The notes: a model not told the origin generated them from the sequence alone. DNA of 45,836 nt from a virus (IMGVR_UViG_3300049472_000121:1-45836); one strand, 5' to 3'. Positions 1-9,921 are shown, counted from the stretch's first letter. A program made the numbers and translations.

Positions 1-464
1 TCTTGGGCAGTTTGTGTATTGTCTGACCAAACTGGTGTCAATTCAGTACAGTGGAATGATCGCGATCTTCTTGACTCAACTGGCACAGTTAAATCTATAG
101 ATTGGGATCTAAGACAGTTGCTTGATTCTGGTGGGGCTGTGTCATGTAACTATAGCTCAAGAGAAACTTATGATTCTGGTGGCACAGTTAGATCAATTAA
201 CTGGAATAGTCGTGGTCTTTATAACGGATTAAATGCTCTTGTCGCAGGATGGGGATCGTCAAACGCTTTCTATTTAAGCGGTACTACTGAAAACTCTCAA
301 GCAGGAGCTATGTGGTACAGCACTGCTCAAAAAGCAATACAAGAAAGAGCCGCATCAATAACCCAAACCTTACAGGGTGTTATTTTTACTCAAACTGCTA
401 CAGGAACAGCGGCCAATACAGCTTCAGAAACTACTATCTCAAGCACAGGTGTCGGCACATTAAC
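1..464. repeat. Terminal direct repeat, left copy (circularisation overlap)
   Basis: Matches 45373-45836 except A357 vs G45729 (TCA/TCG, both Ser); falls inside a CDS. Confidence 0.95.
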
Positions 465-855
465 TTTGCCAACTGATTTCTTTGTAGTAGGAAAGACTTT
501 ACGAATAAGAGGGAAAGGATTCCACTCTTCTACAGCTAGTCCTACTTTGAATTTGAAAGTAAAGTTTGGTTCTACTGTGATTAACGCTACTGGAACTCAC
601 ACTCATCACAACGCAACAAACGGATACTTTGATTTTGAATGTGACATCACTTGCCGAACAACTGGAGCAGGTGGAACTGTATTCTCGCAGGGTATTTTTA
701 CAGATGCAACGGATCACGTTTCAATGGGTAATACTGCAACCATTTCTGTAAACACGACTACAACACAAGCAATTACAGTAACCGCTCAATGGAGTGTTGC
801 TTCCGCAAGCAACACTATCTCAATGACTAATTTAACAGTAGAGGTATTAAACTAA
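1..855 (+). CDS. C-terminal part of tail fibre that starts at 44080 and crosses the circular join
   Basis: ORF 19..855 is in frame with 44080..45836 through the repeat; S/T/G-rich, SIDWxxRxLxDSGG repeats, C-terminal beta-rich domain. Confidence 0.85.
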   Translation, partial: SWAVCVLSDQTGVNSVQWNDRDLLDSTGTVKSIDWDLRQLLDSGGAVSCNYSSRETYDSGGTVRSINWNSRGLYNGLNALVAGWGSSNAFYLSGTTENSQAGAMWYSTAQKAIQERAASITQTLQGVIFTQTATGTAANTASETTISSTGVGTLTLPTDFFVVGKTLRIRGKGFHSSTASPTLNLKVKFGSTVINATGTHTHHNATNGYFDFECDITCRTTGAGGTVFSQGIFTDATDHVSMGNTATISVNTTTTQAITVTAQWSVASASNTISMTNLTVEVLN

Positions 856-1187
856 TGACTTTATTTTATACACCACCGCAATTGACAGATACACAAAGAG
901 CAAAGATTTCTTCAAAGCAAGTACGGGATACGTTGGAAAAAGAATTAAAAAAACAGTTTGAATTAGCTTGGAAGAAAAGAGTTAATGGACAATTGGTGAA
1001 TAAGACTAAAGCTGAGTGTCAGGCTTTCTGGAATGAGATGGGGATAAGTGGAAAATCTGCGATGGAGCGCCACGCAGAGGGACAAACTTTACTTTATAAG
1101 CTAGACAATTCCTATGTACCATTAACCCCTCCTTACGCTTATTCAGCAGATGAGGCAGGGAATATTACAGTAGGAGATTTACTATGA
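855..1187 (+). CDS. Hypothetical protein, possible fibre assembly chaperone
   Basis: 110 aa, TAATG-coupled to the fibre gene; function from position only. Confidence 0.6.
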   Translation: MTLFYTPPQLTDTQRAKISSKQVRDTLEKELKKQFELAWKKRVNGQLVNKTKAECQAFWNEMGISGKSAMERHAEGQTLLYKLDNSYVPLTPPYAYSADEAGNITVGDLL

Positions 1188-1318
1188 CCACAGAAGAAGC
1201 ATTAAAAATATTAGCTCAAATTATAGATAAGAGTGCAACAGGCCCTAAGCAGATGTTTATTGATGCTCAGGTTGCTATTGATACTTTAAAGAAAGCTATT
1301 GAGCCTAAGAAGGAATAA
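1184..1318 (+). CDS. Small hypothetical protein, 44 aa (MTTEEALKILAQIIDK...)
   Basis: AGGAG RBS, ATGA overlap with the upstream stop; below the ORF-track cutoff. Confidence 0.7.
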   Translation: MTTEEALKILAQIIDKSATGPKQMFIDAQVAIDTLKKAIEPKKE

Positions 1319-1320
1319 GT

Positions 1321-1551
1321 ATGGAACGCCCAACGAAGTTAGACTCATCAACGCTAATTCCATTGGGCGCCCTTTCCTTAGTTTTTGGTGCCGCGATGTG
1401 GTTAACAAGTATTTGGAAGCAAGGGGAGGCTAACGCCTCCCAGATTCAGGAAGTTAAGCACGACCAAGAGAAGAATCTCGATAAGGTCTACCAAAAACTT
1501 GAGAAAATTGATGGAAAAATTGACCAGCTAATGGAGAAAAGACAGAAATAG
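1321..1551 (+). CDS. Single-TM coiled-coil protein (holin/XhlA-like)
   Basis: Hydrophobic LIPLGALSLVFGAAMWL followed by heptad-like KLEKIDGKIDQL. Confidence 0.6.
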   Translation: MERPTKLDSSTLIPLGALSLVFGAAMWLTSIWKQGEANASQIQEVKHDQEKNLDKVYQKLEKIDGKIDQLMEKRQK

Positions 1552-1576
1552 CCTTATTCTAATGGCGGAGGTGTTA

Positions 1577-1864
1577 ATGGCTAAAAAGCGTAAAGGCGTA
1601 TTGCCTATTAAGACTCTTGGTAAACGTGTGGTTGTTAGATTTGCTGACCACTCAATTTACGACCCTTCGGCTACTGAGTGCGAACTCATGGGTGTTGTTG
1701 AGAAGATAAACGAAAAAGAAATTATCCTTCGTTGGTGGAGTACATTCAACGGCGAAGAAATCGTACCAGATGTTGGCGACAACAATAATGAAGTCGCAAG
1801 AATCATTCAAGGTACAGTTGTTAGATGGGCTTTATGTGAGCCTAAAAAATGGGAGCTAGTTTAA
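1577..1864 (+). CDS. Hypothetical small beta-barrel (Sm-like?) protein
   Basis: GGAGG before the second ATG (ORF track starts 1562); VVVRFADH...MGVVEKI...IILRW pattern. Confidence 0.6.
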   Translation: MAKKRKGVLPIKTLGKRVVVRFADHSIYDPSATECELMGVVEKINEKEIILRWWSTFNGEEIVPDVGDNNNEVARIIQGTVVRWALCEPKKWELV

Positions 1865-4162
1865 ATGGCAAAAATTTATGGTCAGTTAGAGCGAGCACAA
1901 ATTGAAAATGTAGGCGCTCTACCAACACCTGGTGTAAAAGGTCGGTACGTATTTCTTACAACAGATTCAAAATTTTATTTCGATGATGGAACGGCTTTCA
2001 GAGAAGTATTTTCTCCGACATCGACTGTGCCAATTACATCAGGCGGCACAGGCCAAACAAGCGCCACAGCAGCTTTTGATGCCCTAGCTCCTACTACAAC
2101 CGCAGGGGATATTATCGTTCATAACGGCACAGACAATGTTCGTCTTCCTATTGGAACCGATGGTCAGACTGTTGTAGTAGATACATCGCAGACCAACAAG
2201 CTCAAGTGGGCAACTCTGCCTCAAGGTACAAAAAACTACGTCACTTATAACAACTTCGAGAACAACGCTATTACTGGATGGAATGAGATTTCAGCCACGT
2301 ATTCATCGAACACTCCAAGTGGAACTCCTACGATTTCAGCTAGTGCTGCGGCTAACGTAGCTCTCTCAGTTACAAGCACTAATCCTTTAGCTGGAACATA
2401 CTCTCTACAAGCAGCTCTCACAGCTCCTGCTGTTGGTGTTGGCTTTTGCTCAGACGCTTTAACTCTTGATCGTGAAGACCGAGCTAAAGTATTGCAAGGA
2501 TCTTTCTACTATGAAGTGGTGAGTGGAACTGGAAACTTCTCAGGCACATCATCAAACACATTTTCTATTTGGATTCTACAAGACAACGGATCAACATTAA
2601 CTTGGACTCAACCTGCTGGCGTGTACAACATGGTACAGTCGAGCGGTCAGGGTAAAGCTTCTTTCACGTTTCAAACTAATTCCGATACGACTACTGTACG
2701 AGTAGTTGTGTTTGTAAACGCAGCAGCTACTACAGTCACAGTCAACTTCGACGACTTCGTACTTGGCCCCCAAGTCACGGCGGCAGGTAGCGCGATTGGG
2801 GATTGGGTTTATAATGACTTCGTTCCTTCATTTACAAATCTCACGCTAGGCAATGCTACCTATGAAACATGGCGTAGACGAGTAGGAGATACTGAAGAAG
2901 TTGAACTTAGAGTTACATTTGGAACAACTACTTCTGTTAGCGGTGGTTTGACTTGGTTATTCCCAAGATCAGTAGATACGGCAAAACTAGATACGGCTTC
3001 AAGCAATAGAAGTAAAGGTATCTGGAGTGCCTTAGATGCAAGTTCTACAATTGCATATACTGGTAAGCTTCGCGGTGGCTCAACTGGATATTTGATGCAG
3101 GTTGATAATTCAGCTTCAACCTATGTCGGTTTAGATAACTTAACTGCATCTGTTCCGTTTACTTGGACGACTTCGGATGTAATTTGCATCAGGGCATCGT
3201 ATCCTGTGCTTGGTTGGAGTTCCAACTCAGTAATGAGCGCCGATACTGACACTAGGGTTGTTGCTGCTCGTGTTACAAGTACAGACGTTACAAGTATTGC
3301 ATCAAGTGGAACGGCTATTTTAGTTTGGAATGGATCAACCTATGACACCCATGGTGCAGTATCTTCAAATAAATTTACAGCGCCCATTAGTGGTAAATAC
3401 AAAGTACTTGTAAACGTAAATTTCAACGCATCTGCAAATACAATCAACCAGTATATCGAAATGCGTATAAGAAAGAATGGGGCAACTTATCCATCCTATT
3501 CAACGCAATTTATACAAACAGCTACATCAGTAAGACTTCAGCAAACTTTATCAGACACTATAGATTTAAACGCTGGTGATTACATCGACGTTTATGTGAA
3601 CAATCAAACTGGCACAGCTAAAGTACCATCTGGTACTGCCAACGATAACTACTGGTCTATAGAGCGCATCTCAGGCCCAGCTACCATTGCTGCGAGTGAG
3701 AAAATTATAGCGAAGTACACAGCTTCAACGACTGACGTTATAGATTCAACTGTTTCAGGATTTCTTAACTGGGCGACAAAAGAAATTGATACACATGGCG
3801 CTGTAGCTGTAGCTGTTGGGGCTTACACATCATCTACTGGTACACACGCAACAAGCGAATGGACTTTCACGGCTCCACGCTCGGATTATTACAGATTGTC
3901 CGCTTATACAGTTTCAGGAAATCACTCAATTCCAGCAGACGCTATTTACTCTCTTATCGCATTAAAAAATGGAGGTACTGTAGAAATAGGTGGGGATAAC
4001 ACACAAGGAGCAATAACTGGCCGAGTACGCTTGGATGCAACTACTATTTTCCAACTAAATGCTGGTGATACTATTAAAATGAAAGCTACAAATGGATCGC
4101 TAGTGTCTACATCTATGATTGATTCGTCTGGTAACATTTGCATAGAAAGTTGTGGTAACTAA
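1865..4162 (+). CDS. Tail fibre / receptor-binding protein with two C-terminal C1q-like domains
   Basis: 765 aa, T/S-rich; FTAPISGKY...IRKNG...IDLNAGDYI and FTAPRSDYY...LKNG...FQLNAGDTI; CBM-like KNYVTYNNFE segment. Confidence 0.85.
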   Translation: MAKIYGQLERAQIENVGALPTPGVKGRYVFLTTDSKFYFDDGTAFREVFSPTSTVPITSGGTGQTSATAAFDALAPTTTAGDIIVHNGTDNVRLPIGTDGQTVVVDTSQTNKLKWATLPQGTKNYVTYNNFENNAITGWNEISATYSSNTPSGTPTISASAAANVALSVTSTNPLAGTYSLQAALTAPAVGVGFCSDALTLDREDRAKVLQGSFYYEVVSGTGNFSGTSSNTFSIWILQDNGSTLTWTQPAGVYNMVQSSGQGKASFTFQTNSDTTTVRVVVFVNAAATTVTVNFDDFVLGPQVTAAGSAIGDWVYNDFVPSFTNLTLGNATYETWRRRVGDTEEVELRVTFGTTTSVSGGLTWLFPRSVDTAKLDTASSNRSKGIWSALDASSTIAYTGKLRGGSTGYLMQVDNSASTYVGLDNLTASVPFTWTTSDVICIRASYPVLGWSSNSVMSADTDTRVVAARVTSTDVTSIASSGTAILVWNGSTYDTHGAVSSNKFTAPISGKYKVLVNVNFNASANTINQYIEMRIRKNGATYPSYSTQFIQTATSVRLQQTLSDTIDLNAGDYIDVYVNNQTGTAKVPSGTANDNYWSIERISGPATIAASEKIIAKYTASTTDVIDSTVSGFLNWATKEIDTHGAVAVAVGAYTSSTGTHATSEWTFTAPRSDYYRLSAYTVSGNHSIPADAIYSLIALKNGGTVEIGGDNTQGAITGRVRLDATTIFQLNAGDTIKMKATNGSLVSTSMIDSSGNICIESCGN

Positions 4163-4163
4163 A

Positions 4164-4280
4164 ATGAAACTCATATTCGCATTACTACTTCTGGCTTCTT
4201 GTGGATCTAAACCCATCATCGTGAAGGACTGCCTTCATGTGGAGGGGGATAATACCCTCATGGTATGTAAAAAAATATGA
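4164..4280 (+). CDS. Small lipoprotein, 38 aa (MKLIFALLLLASCGSK...)
   Basis: Signal peptide with LASC lipobox; ATGA overlap with the next gene. Confidence 0.7.
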   Translation: MKLIFALLLLASCGSKPIIVKDCLHVEGDNTLMVCKKI

Positions 4281-5011
4281 ATTACAAACCCCGAACCATC
4301 AAGCAAGAGTTCTATACGAACTGGGTCAGCCCAAATGGTTTGGCTTTGCTTGGGAATAGGGATGCTGAAAATTCAAACGGAATACTCTTTTTAGCTATAT
4401 TTCTTATGCTCCTAAAGAAGTGCGATTGTTTAGATCAAACAGATTTAGACAAATCATTTGTAGCGCTTGAAAAAATCAGGATACAACCTGGTTTATATAA
4501 ACGCGCACCAAATCACCCAGAACTTGAAGCCCATGATAACTATGTTGGAGTGTGCGCTTTGTCGGTATTATTTGAATTAAAAGATGCTCGCGAAGTTGTT
4601 GAGTACGGGACCCGAACGGGTTTTGCTTACGATAATCTTAATCCAAATAACCCCGACTCAAGATCCATCAGACAAGGCGGCGAAATCGCCTTCTACAAAA
4701 TCTGCGCAGGATACGTTCCTACAATCTGGGAATTTGCGTGGATGTGTATAGGATTGCTTGTCACAGCTTTTCAAACAAAGTCTACAAAAGTTAATCTACC
4801 ATCCAACACAAATCTTGCGTGGTTAAGACTTGAGACTTTAAAATTTGTGAAAATTAACCTTTCCCTACCATTTAAGGTGTCCTTATTTATTACGGAATCA
4901 ATCTTTAACATCATGTTGCGCAAACGCTATGGTGGTATTCAAGGATCATTTGCGCGATATTTCAGAGAAGAACATCCCATTCGCCTATTGGCAAAGGAGT
5001 TAGAGCTATGA
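4277..5011 (+). CDS. Hypothetical protein, 244 aa, probably helical
   Basis: Long ORF with 4-nt overlaps at both ends; no family recognised. Confidence 0.75.
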   Translation: MNYKPRTIKQEFYTNWVSPNGLALLGNRDAENSNGILFLAIFLMLLKKCDCLDQTDLDKSFVALEKIRIQPGLYKRAPNHPELEAHDNYVGVCALSVLFELKDAREVVEYGTRTGFAYDNLNPNNPDSRSIRQGGEIAFYKICAGYVPTIWEFAWMCIGLLVTAFQTKSTKVNLPSNTNLAWLRLETLKFVKINLSLPFKVSLFITESIFNIMLRKRYGGIQGSFARYFREEHPIRLLAKELEL

Positions 5012-5391
5012 GTTCAACATTAACTTACGGGTATAAATTACCAGCAAACGGAGATAGAGGGAGCACATTCTTCCCCGATCTTGCAGCTGACATTCAGCAA
5101 TTAAACGATCACAACCACAATGGAACAAACTCAGCACAACTTACAATTCAGTCAATTGCTGTAACTACTCAGGCTATTGCGAGTGGTTCTTGGGCTGCAA
5201 CAAGTGGTGGTACGTACAAACAAACTGTAACTCTACCTGGTACGCTCACATATGATGCAATCAGCATGGAGTTTAGAATCACAAGCTCAAAACACATTAT
5301 CTATCCAACAATTGAGAAGGTGAGCAGCACGACTTACGACATTTATACAAACGACAATACCATTGGCGTAACGGCGATCTACTCAACTTAA
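5008..5391 (+). CDS. Virion structural protein (tail-associated)
   Basis: AAGGAG RBS; T/S-rich; precedes the nozzle gene. Confidence 0.7.
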   Translation: MSSTLTYGYKLPANGDRGSTFFPDLAADIQQLNDHNHNGTNSAQLTIQSIAVTTQAIASGSWAATSGGTYKQTVTLPGTLTYDAISMEFRITSSKHIIYPTIEKVSSTTYDIYTNDNTIGVTAIYST

Positions 5392-5392
5392 T

Positions 5393-7672
5393 ATGTCACA
5401 ACCATTAACAATTGATGATTTCTCAGGCGGTATTACGGACAGCCACATCTCGGCTCCTCCGAACAAATACCAAATCGCAGACAACCTTTTAATTGTTCAA
5501 CACAAGAACAAAGGAAAGCTAATCTCGCGTCATGGCTCAGAGATATTTGACTCAAGTAACCCGCAGCTTCCATCAGGCGAGCAACGTGTTGGTAAAGTAA
5601 AATACTTTGCTGATCTACTTTTCACGCAGAGTAAGCGAAATATTTATTATCACAGCGCTGGGTGGAACTCGCTTTTAGGCCCTGTTACAAGCAACACCCC
5701 ATTCACATCGACATTTGCTGTAACAAACCGAATCTCGTGGGATACTTTTAATAACCACTTGTATATTGCAAATGATAATTTTGACTACATTTTAAAAATC
5801 TACCCCAACGCAAGTGGAACACCTGTGTTGAGAACAGCAGGCCTTCCTGAGCTTGCCTCAAGTCCTACTGTCGTATCTAGTGGTGGCGCATCAACACAAA
5901 ACTTCGTGTACCGCTTTATTTATTCGTACACATATAATGTAAATACACTAATTTTCAAAGACGAAGGCGGCTACAAACAAGTTGCACTCAATCTTGTGAA
6001 CGCACCCAACACAAGTACAGTTAATATCACAGCAATTCCTGTACTCGCCAACGGAGCTACTGGTAACTGGGAAACGACAGCGATTAAAGTTGAGATTTAT
6101 CGCACCACCAACAATGGAACAGTTTTCTACAAAGTCGGCGAAGTAACAAACGGAACGACTACCTATAACGACACAATGAGTGATGCAACTCTTGTGGGCA
6201 ATCAACTGCTTTATACTGAAGGAGGAATTGTTGAGAACGCAATTCCACCACTTGCTAAATTTATTACAATCACAGGCGACAACGGGATTGCTTGGTACGC
6301 GCATATTAAAGAAGGAACTGAGATTAAAAAGAACCGAGTGCGCCAGTCTCTTCCCTACGATCCAGATTCAAGCCCCGAATCCTTCTACACGGATGTCGCA
6401 GAAGACATCGCTGGTATCTCCTCAGTTAGAGGTTTTCCAATCGTGATTTGTGATAATTCAGCCTACAGACTCGAGGGGTATTTCGATGACGTAGGACAGG
6501 GCGGTATTCAGACTGTAAAAATCTCTGATACGACAAGTTGTATTTCATCCAACTCAATCGTACAGACGCTTGATGGTATTTACTGGTGTGGTCGCGATGC
6601 TATTTATTATTGCGACGGCTACAAAGTAACCCGAATCAATATGGAATGGTCAGCTGAAACTTATAAAGCACTCGTAGATACAACCTCAAAGCAAAGCTAT
6701 ATTGAAGGCGCATACGACAAAGTACAGAACAGAATCTGGTGGACTTTCCAGTCAGACACCGCAAACGGGGATGCCGATAAATGCTACATCCTAGACCTCA
6801 ATTGGGGGATTTCAGATGACATGCCATTTACATCGGCTTCTAATGGTTCTTACTTTCTGCCTTCTGCTATTACTTTTGACGACAATGGCGACATGATTCG
6901 GGGTGATAAGCGCGGGTATGTTTTACAACACTCCGAAGGTGTGTTGTCTGATCCAAAAATTGATACGCTTGTAACGCCTTCTGACTGGGAGAAAGTTGTG
7001 ATTACGTACGACTTCCACTCAGCCGCATTTGACTTTGGCTCAACATCAGACAGGAAGTACGTCACAAAAGTAATCTTAACTTGTAAGAACAACACAAACC
7101 TTTCCACGCAAATTATCTCAAATAACGATGACAACAGAAAGGTTGCAAACCTTTCTCCAATTCGTTTCAGAGGTAACTTGGTTTGGGGTGATCCTCTTCC
7201 TGTTTGGGGAGATGCGGATCTTGTGTGGAACTTCGATGGTTTGATTGAACAACAACGAATGTTCCCGTCAGGTTCGCTAAGATGCTCCTACAAACAACTT
7301 CAGATAACAAATGCGTTTGTGGACATTTACAATTCCGACGCGCTTGGAACTGTTGAAGCTGATGGTACGGCGAATACCGCAACATTGACTGACGCTGTTG
7401 ATTTAGACTGGCCTGAGGATATTGTAGATTACTTTATTTCTTTTGAAGATGATTCATATGTTCGGGAATACCAAATCACAGCTCGTGCAGCGGATACTAT
7501 TACGTTCCTTGACCCAAACCTTTCAGCACCAACGGGCACACAGCAATGGGTTATTCGAGGCTACCCAAAAGATGAAGTAATCAACATTCTGTCGTTTACC
7601 ATGCTCTATGATCTTTTCGGTATCACACAACAGCCTTTCAGAGCCTCAAATAGTGGAGGTGTAGGTGCTTAG
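5393..7672 (+). CDS. Tail nozzle / tail tubular protein B-like
   Basis: 759 aa, N-terminal IDDFSGGI motif, propeller-like segments, podovirus gene context. Confidence 0.75.
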   Translation: MSQPLTIDDFSGGITDSHISAPPNKYQIADNLLIVQHKNKGKLISRHGSEIFDSSNPQLPSGEQRVGKVKYFADLLFTQSKRNIYYHSAGWNSLLGPVTSNTPFTSTFAVTNRISWDTFNNHLYIANDNFDYILKIYPNASGTPVLRTAGLPELASSPTVVSSGGASTQNFVYRFIYSYTYNVNTLIFKDEGGYKQVALNLVNAPNTSTVNITAIPVLANGATGNWETTAIKVEIYRTTNNGTVFYKVGEVTNGTTTYNDTMSDATLVGNQLLYTEGGIVENAIPPLAKFITITGDNGIAWYAHIKEGTEIKKNRVRQSLPYDPDSSPESFYTDVAEDIAGISSVRGFPIVICDNSAYRLEGYFDDVGQGGIQTVKISDTTSCISSNSIVQTLDGIYWCGRDAIYYCDGYKVTRINMEWSAETYKALVDTTSKQSYIEGAYDKVQNRIWWTFQSDTANGDADKCYILDLNWGISDDMPFTSASNGSYFLPSAITFDDNGDMIRGDKRGYVLQHSEGVLSDPKIDTLVTPSDWEKVVITYDFHSAAFDFGSTSDRKYVTKVILTCKNNTNLSTQIISNNDDNRKVANLSPIRFRGNLVWGDPLPVWGDADLVWNFDGLIEQQRMFPSGSLRCSYKQLQITNAFVDIYNSDALGTVEADGTANTATLTDAVDLDWPEDIVDYFISFEDDSYVREYQITARAADTITFLDPNLSAPTGTQQWVIRGYPKDEVINILSFTMLYDLFGITQQPFRASNSGGVGA

Positions 7673-7997
7673 TTTATACATTCGAGAGATTGAAGACTAC
7701 TTTTTGCGCGAAAACTTCCGAAAAACCAAGGATTTTATAGGCCTCCAGCCCATTTTAAACGGCGATTTTAGGTTCTTTGAGATAGTTATCACGGGCAATA
7801 AGACCAATTTTAAGTACGCCCATAACTTTACGTTCACGCCTAAAGATGTGATTCAGTCATCGGTTGTATTTTCTGGAGGCGTGGGTACTCTTGTCTGGAA
7901 CTATTCCAGATTTGATGCGACTTTCCTTGATCTTACGACCTCAGGCGCGGGGTCAACTGACACAATAACAGTTCGCGCATTAGTGGGTCGCTTCTGA
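7665..7997 (+). CDS. Putative small tail protein
   Basis: GGAGG upstream; coupled to the nozzle gene; beta-rich. Confidence 0.6.
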   Translation: MLSLYIREIEDYFLRENFRKTKDFIGLQPILNGDFRFFEIVITGNKTNFKYAHNFTFTPKDVIQSSVVFSGGVGTLVWNYSRFDATFLDLTTSGAGSTDTITVRALVGRF

Positions 7998-8377
7998 TGC
8001 TGCTTAAATGGAGCAGGGGAAATGCCCCGAACCATGTGGCAAAGCACTTTCACCTCAAGGAATTTGAGTGCCAATGCCTGAAATGCGAAGTCCAACAAAT
8101 CGACACTTTGCTGCTACAGAAGCTCGACGATTTGCGCGATGAGTTAGGTTCAGCTATAATTGTCACTAGCGGTTATCGCTGTGAAGCGCATAATAAAGCC
8201 GTCGGCGGCAAGCGAAATAGTCGCCATTTAGCAGGACAGGCTGCTGACATTTTCTCAAAAGCAGTTACAATTAAACAGTTACTAGAACTCTGTAAAAAGA
8301 AATTTCAGAGGATTGGTGTGGCAACAAGCTTTCTGCATGTAGATATTGCGGAAGGTAAAGCAACTTGGAAATATTAA
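7997..8377 (+). CDS. Peptidase M15A-family endolysin
   Basis: HFHLKEFEC, VTSGYRCEAHN, SRHLAGQAADI and FLHVD Zn-peptidase motifs. Confidence 0.92.
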   Translation: MLLKWSRGNAPNHVAKHFHLKEFECQCLKCEVQQIDTLLLQKLDDLRDELGSAIIVTSGYRCEAHNKAVGGKRNSRHLAGQAADIFSKAVTIKQLLELCKKKFQRIGVATSFLHVDIAEGKATWKY

Positions 8378-8389
8378 AAGGAGATAAAC

Positions 8390-8647
8390 ATGGATTCAGT
8401 AATCGCATTTTTAACCGGACTTGTAGGATTTGAAGTAAGCCCAACCATCATCATCGGTGTTGCCGCTTTGGTAGAGTTCGCTCTGCGCTTCATCAAATCA
8501 GAAAAAGCTCTTGGATTAATCCACGGCGCTTCTTTCTTGATCAAAAAAGTATCGCAAGCTGTAGGTCTTGTTGCGGCTCTTGTCGCTAAGATCGCAGATC
8601 TTTCTGACAAGGTTCTCCCCCAAAAGGTAGTTCCTCCTCAGGCTTAA
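8390..8647 (+). CDS. Putative holin
   Basis: AAGGAG RBS, hydrophobic helices, next to the endolysin. Confidence 0.6.
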   Translation: MDSVIAFLTGLVGFEVSPTIIIGVAALVEFALRFIKSEKALGLIHGASFLIKKVSQAVGLVAALVAKIADLSDKVLPQKVVPPQA

Positions 8648-8648
8648 T

Positions 8649-8831
8649 ATGACAATATTTCTTGAGCTTCTCCCCGTTATTTTTAAGTTGATTTTGTACT
8701 TCTTAGAGAAGACAAAAAATACTCCCGACGAGGAGAGGCGCAAGTTATTGGCCGAGTTTGATAACTCTCTAGATTACGCCCGAAAGGGCGATGCAAGGAA
8801 GCTTTCACAATGGCTTGGAAAAAATCTCTGA
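8649..8831 (+). CDS. Putative i-spanin-like membrane protein
   Basis: Hydrophobic N-terminus, charged helix, overlaps the downstream lipoprotein gene. Confidence 0.55.
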   Translation: MTIFLELLPVIFKLILYFLEKTKNTPDEERRKLLAEFDNSLDYARKGDARKLSQWLGKNL

Positions 8832-9226
8832 TCGTTCTTACGCTACTCTTTAGTGGCTGCGTAACGAACGTAAGAAAAATAGATGTGTGCGTTGTGGACG
8901 TTTTTTCCAATCATGCCGATTGCGCTAGAAACGATAAGAAATATGAGAAAAAACTCGAAGATCTTAGCGGCTGGAGTGCTTTTAGCGATGTTGATTTTGA
9001 GCTTATTGCAAATAGACTCGCTGAGTGTTCTACTGTTGGCAAGCTTCCTCGCGAAGATATTTTTAGCAAGGTAGAAACTTGCGAGATATATTTTGAGACA
9101 AAAACAGTTCTTTGTAACAACATTATAAAAGAGATTGAGTACGTGGATGGTTTTATCGCGACTGATGAGTCGGGGTTAAATAAAATCAAATCGCGTTTCG
9201 ATTTCTGTATGAGGGATAGTAAATGA
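8810..9226 (+). CDS. Cys-rich lipoprotein, putative o-spanin
   Basis: LLFSGC lipobox; in the lysis cassette; internal duplication. Confidence 0.65.
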   Translation: MAWKKSLIVLTLLFSGCVTNVRKIDVCVVDVFSNHADCARNDKKYEKKLEDLSGWSAFSDVDFELIANRLAECSTVGKLPREDIFSKVETCEIYFETKTVLCNNIIKEIEYVDGFIATDESGLNKIKSRFDFCMRDSK

Positions 9227-9912
9227 GTGTATTCCCTACTTGGGCCGAAATTAAAACTAAAGTCCAACAAGATTTAGACATTGAAGACGAAGTATTCGTC
9301 ACAGACGCTGAGCTTATGAGCTATTGCAACGAAGCAATTGACGAAGCCGAAGCTGAGATTCACAGCCTCTATGAGGACTACTTTTTAAACAAAGCGACAG
9401 TTACCTTGGTTCAGGGTACTTCAGATTATGCACTCCCAAGCGACATTTATGCACACAAGATTCGTCGGCTGATCTACCAAAATGGTGCGACAATTTACAC
9501 AGTTGATCGCATGAAGGATTGGAAGAAGTTTGAAGAAAAAGCTGTCACCGACTATTACCCAGGAACAGCCTACTATTCTTATCTAATCATCAACGCTGCA
9601 GCTGGAACACCTAAAATCTCTCTTGTACCAACCGCGCAGGAGTCGGGTGCGTACCTCACATTGTGGTACATCAGAAACGCAACCCGTATGACAGCAGATG
9701 CTTCGATTTGCGATATTCCAGAGTTTATCAATTTCATTTATCAGTACATAAAAGTACGGGTCTATGAGAAGGAAATGAACCCCAATGCACAGGGTGCAAT
9801 CGCAATTTTACAACAACAACGAGAACTAATGCAATCGACACTTGGGACAATGGTCCCCGATGCGGATAACACGATTGAGATGGATATCTCATCATATTTA
9901 GAACAGTCGTAG
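9223..9912 (+). CDS. Head-tail adaptor (tail tubular protein A-like)
   Basis: TWAEIKTKVQ...TDAELMSYCNEA...GTSDYALPSD pattern typical of podovirus adaptors. Confidence 0.8.
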   Translation: MSVFPTWAEIKTKVQQDLDIEDEVFVTDAELMSYCNEAIDEAEAEIHSLYEDYFLNKATVTLVQGTSDYALPSDIYAHKIRRLIYQNGATIYTVDRMKDWKKFEEKAVTDYYPGTAYYSYLIINAAAGTPKISLVPTAQESGAYLTLWYIRNATRMTADASICDIPEFINFIYQYIKVRVYEKEMNPNAQGAIAILQQQRELMQSTLGTMVPDADNTIEMDISSYLEQS

Positions 9913-9921
9913 GAGATAAAA

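Noticed and set aside
1-464. Biological T7-like direct terminal repeat, or a DGR template/variable pair
   Set aside because: It lies mid-gene, differs at one synonymous site, and no reverse transcriptase is encoded.
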